Shown here one piece after another: positions 12,293 to 24,818 of a DNA stretch of 64,000 nucleotides. The stretch comes from Botryllus schlosseri (taxonomy: Eukaryota). Made by a program: the position numbers and the translations under genes. The stretch's first letter is position 1; every line of letters begins with the position of its first letter. Below the pieces are notes generated by a model, which was not told where the DNA came from, did not search any database, and saw only the letters and a program-made list of their open reading frames with translations. The stretch covers positions 62,001 through 126,000 of the forward strand of contig CM119372.1 of the NCBI GenBank assembly GCA_051294905.1. Direction: 5' to 3'.

Positions 12293-13198
12293 GGGGGTGA
12301 GGGGGCGAATTTTGACCCTATCGCTAACATGGGATCTCGATGAAATTCGGCACAAATAGAGTTCACACGCTGGTACATCTTGTATGATGGTCAGAAGTTG
12401 GTTACAAAGTCGTTTTCTCGGTTATCTGACGGGAATCCTGCGATGGGGGGGGGAAGAATTTTGACCCTATTGCTAACATTGGATCTCGATGAAATTTGGC
12501 ACAAATAGAGTTCACATGCTGATACATCTTGTGTGATGGTCAGAAGTCGGTTACAAAGTCGTTTTCTCGGTTATCTGACGTGAATCCTGGGATGTGGGTT
12601 AGGGGGCGCGGCGAATTTTGACCCAACTGCTAACATTGGATCTCGATGAAATTTGAAAAGAATAGAGTTCACACGCTTGTACATCTTGAGCAATGGTCAG
12701 AAGTCGGTTACAAAATGGTTTTTATCAGTTAACTGACGTGATTGTTACTGCATATTTCGTTGAAATATATACATTAGCCCGATCATAAATATAATTTTGC
12801 ACGATTGCGATGGCCGTTTCGTGTGAAATTTGGTATGGCGAGAGTTCCCGCACGTTTTTTTTATTGTATGTGAGTATGCAAATCTGGGTCCGCCTTTGCT
12901 TTCGCAGTTTGGTGATACCTCCTTAGTGTATGTCACATGTAACCTTTAGTTGGTACCATCGGTTTTGTGTGATAACTTCACTCTGGTGCTTCAGGTTCGA
13001 CTATACCCAGTGACGCATTGCAGATTCGGCGGATATATTACAGCGAAGGCAGGCACAATAAATACATCAATACTTACCATCCAATCCACGGCTTAATACA
13101 GCAACAAGCCATAATGGCATAAACTTTGCAACTTTGACAAAGACAACCCATGAAATGACTAACTCTATCAAACTTCTATTTTTGCCAATCCTTTTGAA

Positions 13199-14265
13199 GG
13201 TTGCCGGTGAACTCGGCACTTGGTGAATTCGGCCGGACGAACTCGGCACTTGGTGAACTCGGCACTTGGTGAATTCGGCCACTGGTGAATTCGGCCATTG
13301 GTGAACTCGGACATCGGGAAATTTTGTAATAAAGTGTATTAACAGCTATTAATATGAATTATTAAACCAATAATAGTATTATCAAGTGATTGGCAATCTT
13401 GTAAGGAGGTCAGGGCATGCGTAGATCACGCAGTCACGGCGTGATTAGATCACGTGATCACGGATTGCGCAAGCGCGGGAGATAACGCGACGTTCGCACA
13501 TCGACCACGCGTGGTCGGCTCGGTGTTGATTTGACTTGGCGTGGGACGGACGGACGACTTTTGAGAAGATGGATATCTGTGTTTTACGAAATAACGAAGT
13601 TTTAAAAGGATCACCAATAAACGTTTCCCACGAACACGAACAAAAATTTATAAACGTCAAAATAAATTGTTTTTTTTGTGCCTTTGGAGAGACGGATATT
13701 AGGGTTGGGGAAAATTAGGGTTTGGAAGAGGGATGTTAGGGTTGGGGAAAGAGGGATATTAGGGTTGGGGAAAGGGGGATATTAGGGTTTGGAAGGGGGA
13801 TGTTAGGGTTGGGGGAAAGAGGGATATTAGGGTTTGGGGAAAGGGGGATATTAGGGTTCGGGGAAAGGGAGATTGGAGGTGGGTTAGGGTATCCCAAGAT
13901 TAGGGAAGGGGGGATACTAGGTTGGGGGAAAGGGGGATTGGAGGTTGGGGGAAAAGGGTGATTGGAAGTGGGTTAGGCTATCCCAAGATTGGGGAAGGGG
14001 GGATATTAGGTTGGGGGAAAGGGAGATTGGAGGTGGATATCCCAAGATTAGTGCCGAGTTCACCGGCAAACATTCCAGTAACCAATCATGGTGACCGGTA
14101 CCGCTACGCGATCTACCACGGCACGTGATTCTTCTTTATCTGAGATATATATTCAATGCATTTTTATTACAAAAATTCCCGATGGCCGAGTTCACCAATG
14201 GCCGAATTCACCAAGTGCCGAGTTCGTCCGGCCGAATTCACCAAGTGCCGAGTTCACTGGTAATC
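13199..14265. mobile_element. Non-autonomous DNA element with 15-bp-subrepeat TIRs and an internal G-rich TTAGGG-containing array
   Basis: ggtgaactcggcactt repeats inverted at both ends; flanking direct repeat CTTTTGAA (13191-13198, 14266-14273, extendable to 12 bp). Confidence 0.85.
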
Positions 14266-14489
14266 CTTTTGAATTGAACGTTACACTGTACGCATGACTG
14301 GTCTTGTAACCAGATAATCCAGAGTCATTGTGGCTCCGTAACCGAACGGCTATGTTTGCGTGCGATGATGTAGCTATTTTCGAATCACGATGTTTGTGTA
14401 TTGCAATATATCCTGTGAGGATGTAACGATGTTTACTTGTCACTCAGCTGTAATAGCGAAATAGTGAAATGATAAAGCGTCCTGCTTTT

Positions 14490-14640
14490 TGATCGGTAGG
14501 TCATATGATCAATTCACGGCCATGTCAGACCAAAGACTAAAAAATTGGTATCCGTAGCTATCCGGCTCAGCGTTCAGCATTCCGGGATATCATGGTTATC
14601 GCATCTCAATCGTCAAAGCATCTCAATGGTGCAAACGAGA
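14490..14640 (+). mobile_element. Degenerate SINE with a Meta-domain-like core
   Basis: gtcagaccaaagactaaaaaattggtatccgtagctatccggctcagcgttcagcatt resembles the recalled MetaSINE central domain; the tRNA-derived head is decayed. Confidence 0.4.
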
Positions 14641-14713
14641 ATAAGTCTGATATCATGACACAGAGCGAGTCATGTCATTTCCATGATAAAATCCATGTTC
14701 ATTTTTTACAGTG

Positions 14714-15747
14714 TATATTATAAATTATTTTGCGAGTATTTACTTCAAACTTGCATGCGCCTCATACCAATATACCGAAAATGCGATGATATTCTTATGG
14801 AGCAGGGGCGGGCAACTTCTCCAGTCAGCGGGCCGGATTGCTGAATGGATACATTATTCGCGCATATATACAAGGAATAAATCGTATTTAATGAATGTAT
14901 TTCATCGACAGCAATATGTCACTTCAGAGTTATTTCTCGCCGATAATGACAGTACAATGTGGATTTGAGAACAGCATTGTCATACAGGCGCCGCCATGTC
15001 TGCATCTCTCTGATCAACTAAATCACGGTGCAATCCTTAATTAAGATTTTAAAGCGTTTGATAAGCTCGGTACCCAAAATTTACCACGATTTCAATTCAT
15101 TAGGGTTGAGTACATCGTAAATGTCGATAATGCAAGTCTTCTCGCTTCGACGAACTTACGCGTAAGCTCCACTCTCGCACGCTGCGCAGTGCGCACACCT
15201 ATATAATAACATACAGTCACTAAAATTTGACGTTTAGGCAAGTAGTGGGGAATCTCGGCAGACTGGGGCCGCGGGCCACATTATCATGCAAGACGGGAAA
15301 CTGTACGCGAGCCGGACAAAATCTCGTCGCGGGCCGCATCTGGCCCGCGGGCCGTATGTTACCCGTCCCTTTTATGGACTGTCCTAGATAACAAATCTGC
15401 TGACTATCTTATTTTGCTCGCACAAGCTGCAGAGTAGATGTAGACGGCAGCTCGCCACCGTGAACTAATAAACCTCACCAAAACAGACTCTGCGAAACTA
15501 TCACCAGGAATTAGATTCGCATCATGGCTAGTTCAAGCAAAAATGGCATTCGAATATCAATAATATAGGTGCTAGAAAAGGTACTATACTTATGATATTG
15601 AAGTATTTGAAAGTATGGAATATGTATCAAGTATGGTATGGAACAACGTTGCTATGGTATGGAAAATTGCAAGTGTGGTATGGAGAGAGTAAGGCAAGTA
15701 TGGAGTATGAAAAATTGTCGTTCCATACCATACCATACCATGCCCTG
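14714..15747 (-). mobile_element. Truncated (TATGG)n-subterminal hAT-type element carrying a nested hAT MITE (14803-15371)
   Basis: Terminus ccataccatgccctg at 15747; reverse complement of 28239-30396; nested MITE TSD ttatggag/ttatggac. Confidence 0.8.
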
Positions 15748-15869
15748 CCTATAACCCCAAGTACGTTCTGTTTCGGGTAAAAAATGGGCTGCATGCATGA
15801 GGCAGACAATAATTTCAAGTCACGTTTATTCAAAGTGATTCAAAACATGAATGAAATAAATGGATGATT

Positions 15870-16019
15870 TCAAAGCTCCAGGTGTTGGTCGAACAACCAC
15901 GAAGCGAGTTTGGCATTCCCTTCACTGTTCATGTTTTTGAGTGTGTTGTAATAATTGGCAATTTCCTTCGTGTCCTCGAGTTGATGATCCAAAAATTCGT
16001 GGACGATCATCTCGGCCAA
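15870..16019 (-). CDS. Ferritin H-like exon 7 (helices D/E and stop)
   Basis: ttatttcag|LAEMIVHEFLDHQLEDTKEIANYYNTLKNMNSEGNAKLASWLFDQHLEL*. Confidence 0.9.
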   Translation of the reverse strand: MAEMIVHEFLDHQLEDTKEIANYYNTLKNMNSEGNAKLASWLFDQHLEL

Positions 16020-19000
16020 CTGAAATAATCAGAAAGTTGCGTTTACAACTCGTTCTGCGTTCAGCGAAGACCCAATAACGAACCTCGACGTAGGCATAGC
16101 CAGCAACGAAACAATTTGGTTCCCCGCTTTCACAATTGCAGTCTGTGTAGTTGCTTGTTACCCTCTCTCCGGAATCGTGCTTGATGGTGATCAAAATCGG
16201 CTGAAAATAAGCAAGCTTGTAAATTCCGTGGAACGAATATACTTGAGCAGGATTGACGAGTTTGGCCAATGAATGAGGCATAGATGCTAGATCGCGCCAC
16301 AGCTCGGAAGCGCATTCATCAGCAAAATAAAGAGCTACAACTATATACAACAGCTTGGAGCGAAGCGCAGCTGCTGGCCCAAATACTGCGATTATCTCGT
16401 CAATTCCTTGGGCGAAACAATCTGTGATTTTGTTTTACCCAACAAAAGCACTACCTGCATTTTGCCTATTCAACGGGCGTTTTACCTTAATATCACTGAC
16501 GGGATATATTTACTGGCATAATTTGAGTAAATTCACAAAAACGAGCGTAAATCTAAAAAAAACATACTTGTAGTGCTGTTAGTGCTAAGCCAATTTCGAG
16601 GTATTATGCGAGCGTATTGCGTAGACGTCTATGGCATTCACGATTCACTTGAATCAGTGTAATCGGTCGACCATTAATCCGGAGATGTCGAGGTTGAACC
16701 CCATTCTCCGCCGGCGAATTTCACCAATATATGAAGCACCGAGCAAACTTGTAGGACGTCTCGTGAACATAAGACTTATGGTAGGCTACTTCGGAATTTT
16801 GAAAAATGACACAAATTTCTCGGCTCTGCCCTCATAATGTTGTCGGTTACCTGCGTGAGGCGAAGATCATCATCCTCCAATGCCAACAGGTCTTCGCAAT
16901 TGGATTCGCCGGTAAATTGTATGTTCGAAGCAGCCCTGAGTAAGAAATCAGTACCAGTTTATCAAGAATTTCGTCATTCCACACACCACAAGACTGCGAT
17001 ACAATGTAAAGATAGGTAGGTGTGGAAACAGCATGGAGTAGTCTTGGAAATCAGACACACATCTGGGCCTACGCGATAGGAGGCATGCACAGTGAATGAA
17101 ATATAAATGATAATACAAAAGGACAAGCGGAAAAATGGGGTGGTAGGTGATAGGAGGCGAGATCGATGTGTCAGGTCGTGGTCCGGTAAACTTGACGGCT
17201 GACTAGTAGGAAACGCGACGCGCTACAGACTACTCACTGGTGTAATTCTGTGAGTTTTCTAGTCACATGAGCCTCCAATTCCATCGCACACCGAAAAGCT
17301 TCCTTCACATCCATCGCTGTCTTGCAGCTACCTTCCTCATAAATCTAAAACGGTCGAAAATCATCAATTCTTCGATATCTATAGGCGGGTTTAATAAATT
17401 ATTCTAGGCATAGCAGGGCTGCGAATTTGTGCACAAGAGGCGTTCCTGCACTTTTTTGATCGTGGACGTCTTCTAAAATTGTAGGCGGTCGCGCGTGCCC
17501 CCAGAATTTCAGAAGCCAACGAGAGGAACGTCACTACATCAGACTGAACTCAATTTAGGTTATTACATGCCTAAAATAAGATCACTGGTGACTAGACAAG
17601 GTTGTCAGTCCTACTCATGGCCTAATTCTCGAAGGATAAGCTGTTTTTGTAATTTCTTGAAGTATCACTTTTTCAGGGATCCCCTAAAACTAGTTCGCAG
17701 ACTCCAGTTCAAGAACCCCTGGCGTATAATAAGGTTTTTCATCCTTCCGACCAATCAATCGGACTTGTACTAACCACTATATAAATCTAGTTAGTTGATG
17801 TTCAGCTAACTACTGGCTTTTGGAGTAGTTCTAGATACGGAATTCGAAGATCGGGTAGTTTCAGTTCTATCTCTAGTTTGAGTTGCACATTTTGAAATTA
17901 TTTAGTGCTAGAGCAAGCGGGGAAACACATGTCGCCGTTTGGCGTGAATTGTGATACCGGTCCTGCTGTGTGATGTTATTGCAGCCATTGCTATCTCATA
18001 GTATCTAGGGTTACCATCAGAGCTGTGGAGTCGGTAAATTTTACCACCGACGTCTACTCCTACTCCACACATCTTCAATGGACCGACTCCGACTCCGACT
18101 CCGACTCCGGCTCCGGCTCCGGCTCCGGCTCCCCCTCCGACTCCGACTCCGACTCCCACCCCGACTTCAACAGTATTACCAATTTACTTCGAAAATTATA
18201 TGCCACTGTGACGGTTAAATGACTACGCTTTATAATTAATAACAATTATGTCATGAAAACTCTGTGTACAACTTTACAGTGTGCAGTCATGACCTGGTCG
18301 TGCGAAGCACGAAATTTGTTCAAAGGTAATGAATAAACTCGATCAATAAATATATTACTTGCAAAATTGGGGATCGCCTCTGTATAGCAATGGGCTCATT
18401 TGGCAAGACAGGATTATTTCGCGTTTTAGACATAGCAATATCGACGGTTTCTGTGAACATGCCTCTGTCATTTTGTGCAAATGTTTCATCACCGACGATC
18501 TCGCTTCGAACGCACAAGCGAAGTCGCATGTTGTACGACACGTTCTCTCAATTGCGAGTATAGTTGGACTCAATTCTGTAAATTACGCGTATTTCTAATT
18601 TCCGAGGGTTTGCAATACTAAATGCATGAAATGTGACAATAAATCGCGCGAAGTGCGAAGAAAAATTTCAAGTCAAATAAATCTGCTACGGAATATTCTA
18701 CATTATGGTCGATTTACGAAGATCTGCGATGAATGTGGCTGGCCCCTGGTTACGGCAATGCGTCGAAGCTGATGTTTTATTTATCATCAAATTTCGCGGT
18801 CAGGCTAATCAAATTTTGTAAGGCCTTGCAATTTACCTGATGTTATATCTAATTTCAAGAATTACCTCGCAGGCCACACAAAACCTTCTAGCGGGCCACT
18901 TTCGGCTTGTGGGGCACGGTCTGGCCGCCCCTGATCTGTATCGCTAATAATAAAAGGGATTGATGGTACATAAAAATCATATTCTAGTTATTATTAGTAA

Positions 19001-20114
19001 TTCAAAGTTATCTTCGAAAGCATTTTTTCTCAAGATCAAAAGGTTGGGGTCGGAGTCGAAATCGGGTCATTTTCACAAACTCCGACTCCGACTCCAGTTA
19101 GTATTTTTTCCACGACTCCGACTCCAGCCACCACAGTTTTCACGTCTCCGACGCCATCAATTGAAAATTAGCTCAACTCCCGACTCCGACTCCACAGCCC
19201 TGGTTACCATACGTCCTCCTTCAGGAGGATTTGTCCTCCTTTTTCAGGTTTTTGAAAATGTCCTCCGAGGACGCCTAAATGTACTCCTTTTTGAGATTTT
19301 GTCCTCTTTTTTGATAATTTTGGTTGGATGTATAGTGCCAAGTTCGACTGAGTTACAATAAATCAGCACTGAAGTAACGCTCCGTTATCAACCATTTTCA
19401 TTTTTTTTAGTCAACCGACCACGGAGTGGGGAAAATTTACCACTTTTTCGAAATTTTCCTCCGGTATTTTCAGTTTGAAAATTTTCAAGTGTCTTCCTTT
19501 CCCGATTCCAAAATATGGTAACCCTATAGTAATCACTACTTATAAACGTTTACACGTGTTTTCTAGTAGTTCTGAAACTAAGTTTATTTTTAAAATGCGC
19601 AACTAGAACTACTCCAAAACCAGCAGCTAGTTGTCACAGGTAGTTTAACAAGCCTGTAAACGAAAATCTGACATACTGTGACAAGACTCATTTCAACAGT
19701 TCCGCCTCGTTGATTCTGATATTGAATGAACCGTTCCGCATGGGCAAGTTCTTCCATCGATTTCTGGCGGAAGTATTTCGCTACTTTTGGCAAGTATTGG
19801 GAATGGCGTTCGAACATTTGTGCCTGTCAAAAAAAATCTGCTATCGCTGCAGGGTGAAATATGAATCCAAGCTCACCAATTTCTGGTAAGTGTAGTGCCC
19901 CGTCAACTCCGTCCCAATCTGCAGATTGATCCGATTGTTTAAATCGTTGTCATGGCATCTGAATACCTAAATACAACAAAGATACATTTTCGGATATCCA
20001 ATTCCGGTGACTATCCATTATTCTGCTCAAACCGCGGATACTCACCATTTCGCAATCGCGGCCCGAGCATGTCTGCAAGACAAATGACAAGGCAAATACG
20101 AACAAAATCCTCAT
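15870..20114 (-). CDS. Secreted ferritin, heavy-chain-like (ferroxidase centre intact), 7 coding exons, 254 aa
   Basis: Exons 20114-20046, 19966-19877, 19823-19677, 17344-17238, 16935-16851, 16200-16084, 16019-15870; all introns GT-AG and phase-compatible (765 nt). Signal peptide MRILFVFALSFVLQTCSG; INLQIGTELTGHYTY; SMEELAHAERFIQYQNQRGG; AMELEAHVTRKLTELH; EFLDHQLEDTKEIA; WLFDQHL. AATAAA at 15830-15825. Confidence 0.9.
16084..16200 (-). CDS. Ferritin H-like exon 6 (second half of the C-D insertion)
   Basis: ttttcag|PILITIKHDSGERVTSNYTDCNCESGEPNCFVAGYAYVE|gt; phase 0-0. Confidence 0.72.
16851..16935 (-). CDS. Ferritin H-like exon 5 (first half of the C-D insertion)
   Basis: Phase-2 acceptor completes the Gln split by exon 4; AASNIQFTGESNCEDLLALEDDDLRLTQ|gtaacc. 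Confidence 0.8.
17238..17344 (-). CDS. Ferritin H-like exon 4 (helix C)
   Basis: ttttag|IYEEGSCKTAMDVKEAFRCAMELEAHVTRKLTELH..|gtgagt. Confidence 0.88.
18006..19526. mobile_element. hAT MITE (tagggttaccat TIR) whose left TIR is interrupted by a (GACTCC)n hAT MITE at 18018-19202; lies in ferritin intron 3
   Basis: Inner element has exact TSD GTTACCAT (18010-18017, 19203-19210); outer element ends atggtaacccta. Confidence 0.85.
19677..19823 (-). CDS. Ferritin H-like exon 3 (helix B)
   Basis: AQMFERHSQYLPKVAKYFRQKSMEELAHAERFIQYQNQRGGTVEMSLVT|gtatgt. Confidence 0.93.
19877..19966 (-). CDS. Ferritin H-like exon 2 (helix A)
   Basis: VFRCHDNDLNNRINLQIGTELTGHYTYQKL|gtgagc. Confidence 0.9.
20046..20114 (-). 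CDS. Ferritin H-like exon 1 (signal peptide)
   Basis: MRILFVFALSFVLQTCSGRDCEM|gtgagt. Confidence 0.85.
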
Positions 20115-21350
20115 TTTCAAATGAATGCAAGCACAAAAAATGATGAACTGGAAAGGCAATCACAATCGCTTAGTTGCAACGTTTATTCAGATTAGTCATT
20201 TCTAAACATCACACGAATGCGATACAATGAAAAGTTAGGAAGGTGTCAAAACAACTTGGAGTAGTCTTTGAAATTAGACATCCACCTGGTCCTAGGCGAT
20301 GTAAAGAGGAGAAATTCTCACAGGATGAAAAGTATAAGATAATACAAAAAGACAAGCGACAGAGTGTTGCGGTCGATTCCACTCCCGGAAAGCTACATGG
20401 ACTAGAGCGCAGTCTTCTTACTGTGAATCATAGCCAGTCCGCTAGTTTACCGGACCACGAGCCGGCACATCCACCTCGCCTTCCGACACATGCCCCCTAT
20501 TTTTGTCGCCTGTCGTTTCATATTACCTTCTTTTACTTTTCATCCCGCCGCCTGCATGCCTCCTTTATATATATATATACACCTGCAACGCTAGTCCGAA
20601 AGCAACCGTGTCCCTAACCATTATCGGAACTCCAAAACAACTACAGCTTCAGTCACCATGAAGAACTAAGAACCTAACTGACATATGCCCGGCCATAAAC
20701 AAGCGCCCTTTTCCCATCGACCAATGCTACGACTGATCGGTCGCTCTGTTTACGCCAGCACAGTTAAATTGCTGTTGCGCTACGACGTCAGCAAATACGA
20801 AATCACGCGCTTCTAATCAGGCCATCACAAAGGTCGTTCTCTTTGTCTTGCACAATATCGCTTTTTACGATTGCATCAGTACAAATACAACTTGCAATAG
20901 TGACAATGTGAAAACGTAGATAGTCGTAAAGCATCGAGGCCGAGGCGGATTTGCTTTGTGTAGTGTAATCTCGCGTCGGCGTTCTAATAGGGCATAGTCC
21001 AGTCGCGTAATAGGAAAACTTGGCGCCATTCTCAACTTATAACTGCTAGACCAGACTATTGTAGGCTACAGTTTAGCAGAACGGATCTTTCGATATCTTT
21101 ATGCGCTCACGAGATCCAGTCCAACTGGTATTTTCATCACGTGACAACGCGATTCGGCCTTTACGGAAGGTACGATTATGAAAGTGGATTTTCGACCCAA
21201 CCAAATTAAGCAACTTGTTTGCTTGCGGGCAGAGGTCGAGCATAGTTTGTGTGTTTGGAACAGAAGTTGATTCGCGACGTAACCGAACGTATATGTCAAC
21301 TCGAAGGGTACACGAGATGCAATCTGTACTGGGAGAAGGGCAGTCCCGTA

Positions 21351-21875
21351 CAGACTTGTGTAAACTAGCAATCTAGTTATTCGTGGTCAACCAACTACTG
21401 TTTTTTAGTATTTCTAGTTCTGTTAGCGAATTTTAAAGGCTGAGAAGTTCTAAAGGAGTTGTGGATCTTGAGAAATGAGTAGATTATATAGTTATAATTG
21501 CGCGTTTAAAATATTATACTAGAAGAACAACTACAGAACACCCCTGTTTTACTTTGGCGTGAATCGTGATACCGGCGTTCTGTTGTGTGATGTTCCTACA
21601 GCCATTACTAGTACAGAGTCACAGTACGGTGTAGCCAGAGGACGGATTTTGGGGTCGCAACCCCTCCCATTGCAAACTTGTACTGGAAAACCGATCTGAT
21701 ACCGATAAAATAAAAACAGATGAGTTATACTTCGTAATTGAATTTATAGTTAGGTGGGTTTTAATTAGTTACTTCGGATTTTAAAGGTCGTTGGTCATAG
21801 TTTTGAAAAGTGAGTGGTTTTTAATAGCCTACTATAGTTGCGCATTTTGAAAATCCAATAGTTTGTACAAGTCTG
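21351..21875. mobile_element. MITE family with cagacttg/caagtctg ends and CTAGTT-rich subrepeats; relatives at ~17760-18000, 19560-19657, 26971-27170 and 57971-58650
   Basis: Shared termini and internal motifs across copies; TSDs degenerate. Confidence 0.55.
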
Positions 21876-24818
21876 ATCCCAAATAAAACGAGTCTCAGAT
21901 TTTACATTGAAGAAGCGGGTGACAGATAATGATTGCTATAATGCTGGGGTTTCCATTTCCATACTTTTTATTCGTGTTTGTAAATTAGATACCAAATATA
22001 TTCAAAATCAACGGCGCAGTTGAAGAGTTTGAGGCATGGCTTCTCTGCATCTCCTCATTCTACTTTTGGTTACTTCGCAAGCTGTAAGTCTTGTAATCTG
22101 CGTTATTTCATTCATCCACGACAAGCTCCGTTTTCTGTCAGATATCCAATCATCCAATTCAAACGGAAACGTTCACTTTTGATAACCGCGATTGCCGAGA
22201 TGGTTACACTGTTACGCTCAACGGCTCTTCTGTCCGTGTGAATAACCCACACCATTGCGAATGGGACCAGTGAGTGAATTTCTGGTATTACTTGTAATTC
22301 AGTCGGTGAAGCATGGTATGTCGCGTCCCAGAAGCAGCCCCTAATGCAGGGTTATTAACCGGTGTTTCATAGAACCACAGTCCTGGCGGTTCCATGGAGG
22401 TCGCGATATAGGGCTGGGCAAAATCGGGTACCTGAGTGATTCGAATATGAATCCCGTATTATGCATCGAGTCAAGTCGAGTAATCGAGTATCACCTATTA
22501 TCACGTCATAACGGAATGTAAAAGTCAAATTTCAAATTTGTACCGTTTATGCGACCACGAAGAATATAATGCCTGTTATCCATCTCATAAATGATACTTT
22601 GGTAATGATGGCTCAATCACTAGTAGAATTGCAACTTTTGTGGTCGTAAGTCATGTGTCGTGGCTCAGTTCTTGGGTTCGAAATCGAAACCACGTCTTTC
22701 TGAAGTGCCGATTTTATCTCTACTATTTTAAACCAATTTGCAGTTAAGCGATTGGTATCACGCTGTTGAGTTTCGACCAAACAATACAATGAAACTTTCC
22801 AAGGTGAAGCCTTGCAGAACAGAAGTCACACTGATCAATAAATATTCATCATCATGTATTTTGTTTTGTGTGTTATAATGATTGCACCGAGGTCATGTCA
22901 ACGAATTTACGTAGCCTCGCACTTCTTCATTGTTATTCTAACAAATGCTACGCTAGCACTCGCACGTTCTAGTATAGGCCCAAACTTTTCTTCAAAATAA
23001 TCCACGTTAAATTTGACCCAATATGGATTACTCCGTCACCGCTAAGAGCGGCTAAACATCGGTTGTGGCTCATAATACGAAATGAAAATCAACTGCTCTT
23101 ATTCAAAATTTCATGCGTCATATTTTGTGATACGTTTGTTGATATACAATGCTCTTTCCAATTCTCTACTAATTGCTGACGATTACCCCTAACGAGTGTC
23201 GACCGAAAATATTCGGGTTCATTTCAATATGAATATACTATTCAATTGTATATTGAAGTTCTGTGTCTCCAAGACGTTCTCCATCACAATATATATATTC
23301 TATATATATATATATATATCAATTTCAATTCAATTCAATTTATTGCAAAAATTTCATCATTTCAATGCACCACTAGACTGCGATACAAAGAAAGATAGGA
23401 AGGTGTCGAATCGACTTGGAGTAGTTTTCAAAATAAGACAAACACCTGGCCTGGGCGATTTAGAAAGGAGGCATGCACTGCACACTGTATGAAAAGTAAA
23501 AGAAGACAATATAAAAGGACAGGCGATAAAAAGGTGGTATGTGTAGGAACGCGAAATGGATATGTCCGACCGTGGTAACTGATATTGATTCAGTAGAAAT
23601 TGTTTGTATTTCGACTTGAATATGAAAGGTCAGAACCACCTGAAATCGGTGCAATTATAGAACAGATTCCATAACGGGCTCTGACATTTTGATTTGCGAA
23701 AACTGTCGCCTGGGCTCTGTAATACGCTCGCGTATTTAATTGTTCACCAGAAATCAGGGAGTCACCAATTTACAGCAATTCCGGACTCGTTGGCTTATCA
23801 TACACGTAAAATTGTCAACACGAGTACAGTGTATGATCGCCATTTACGCACGTATTCCCTATATTGGATTGGTGCTATATTGGTAAATTTGAAAAGTAAA
23901 ATCCAAACTCACGCTTTTTATTTCACTCCCCTCCTTATTTTTCGGCTCGCTACGCGCCTTCTGTCACAAAGTGCAATGAAATAGGCATGGTCGAAAATAT
24001 ACTAAACTATGTTCAATGTGACATAAAACTGGCTTTGATTCTTTGTGGTCGCATAAAAGATACATGTGCCTTGTCTATGCTTGAGTTAGAGATCAAAACG
24101 GTGTATATTGAGAGAAGCAGTATTGTAGAACCGCAATAACCGAGTCTTTTTGCGTCTCGACATTCAGGAAAACTCATCACGAAGGAGTGAAAATAAAAAA
24201 GATTGAATCATTGGTTGCCAACGTGACAGTTCCCAGACCACCGAACAACGAGAACATGACATACTTATTCGAACTCGCCAAGCATAAGGGCAGGAAAGAC
24301 AGAATCTTAGCGACCGCAAAGATTCTTTTCTCGGTGAGTGGGCCTTATATGTGGATCGAGCTTGAGGCCAATTGTACCAGCCATGGTTTTCTCTTATACT
24401 GGAACAATGTTCAGTATTTTTTGACTCGATATGGTGTTGTTGAGCAGTGTTGCGAACCCGTTAACTTTCAAAAATCTGATTCCATAGACTACTCCAAGTC
24501 GCTTCGACATCTTCCTGTCTTTTCATTGTATCGCATTTTTGTGGAGTATTGAACTGATAAAAATTGCTAATAAATCAATGATGATGAAAACAAAATTAAC
24601 CCAAAACGTAATTACGGCTAATGTATACCGGGCAAAAGTAGTTATCGAAAGCCTAATTTAATCCTACCTTATAGATATTAGACGTGCTATACGTGATTCT
24701 ATTGAAGTTTCCGCATGGCGAGGCGCCTTTAAAAACGCTGTGTCGTTTCTCCTTAAATTCCAAAACCAGCGATAATTCGGGAAGACTAGTGTATCGAGCA
24801 GACAAAAATGATTACACG

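Larger units (their letters stand above)
8653..12987. mobile_element. Second foldback-like element: ~280-bp unique termini plus ~145-155-bp tandem units in inverted arms
   Basis: accagagtaaagttatcacacaaaa at 8653 mirrors ttttgtgtgataacttcactctggt ending at 12987. Units start at 9091/9246/9396/9552 (left) and 11346/11491/11636/11781 (right). No clear TSD. Confidence 0.8.

Noticed and set aside
13697..14040. True telomere or chromosome-fusion relic
   Set aside because: TTAGGG occurs singly within 21-bp units inside a TSD-flanked element, not as a pure array.
15922..16350. 142-aa ORF as a standalone gene or as ferritin helix C
   Set aside because: Only 16200-16084 is supported as an exon; helix C is encoded at 17344-17238 and the last exon is in a different frame.
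17908..18222. Gly-Val/Gly-Ala and Ser-Asp repeat ORFs
   Set aside because: Translations of the (GACTCC)n subterminal repeats of a hAT MITE.
20115..20260. Canonical IRE immediately upstream of the H-like ferritin ATG
   Set aside because: No CAGUGN stem-loop in this interval; beyond ~20200 the sequence is a LINE tail.
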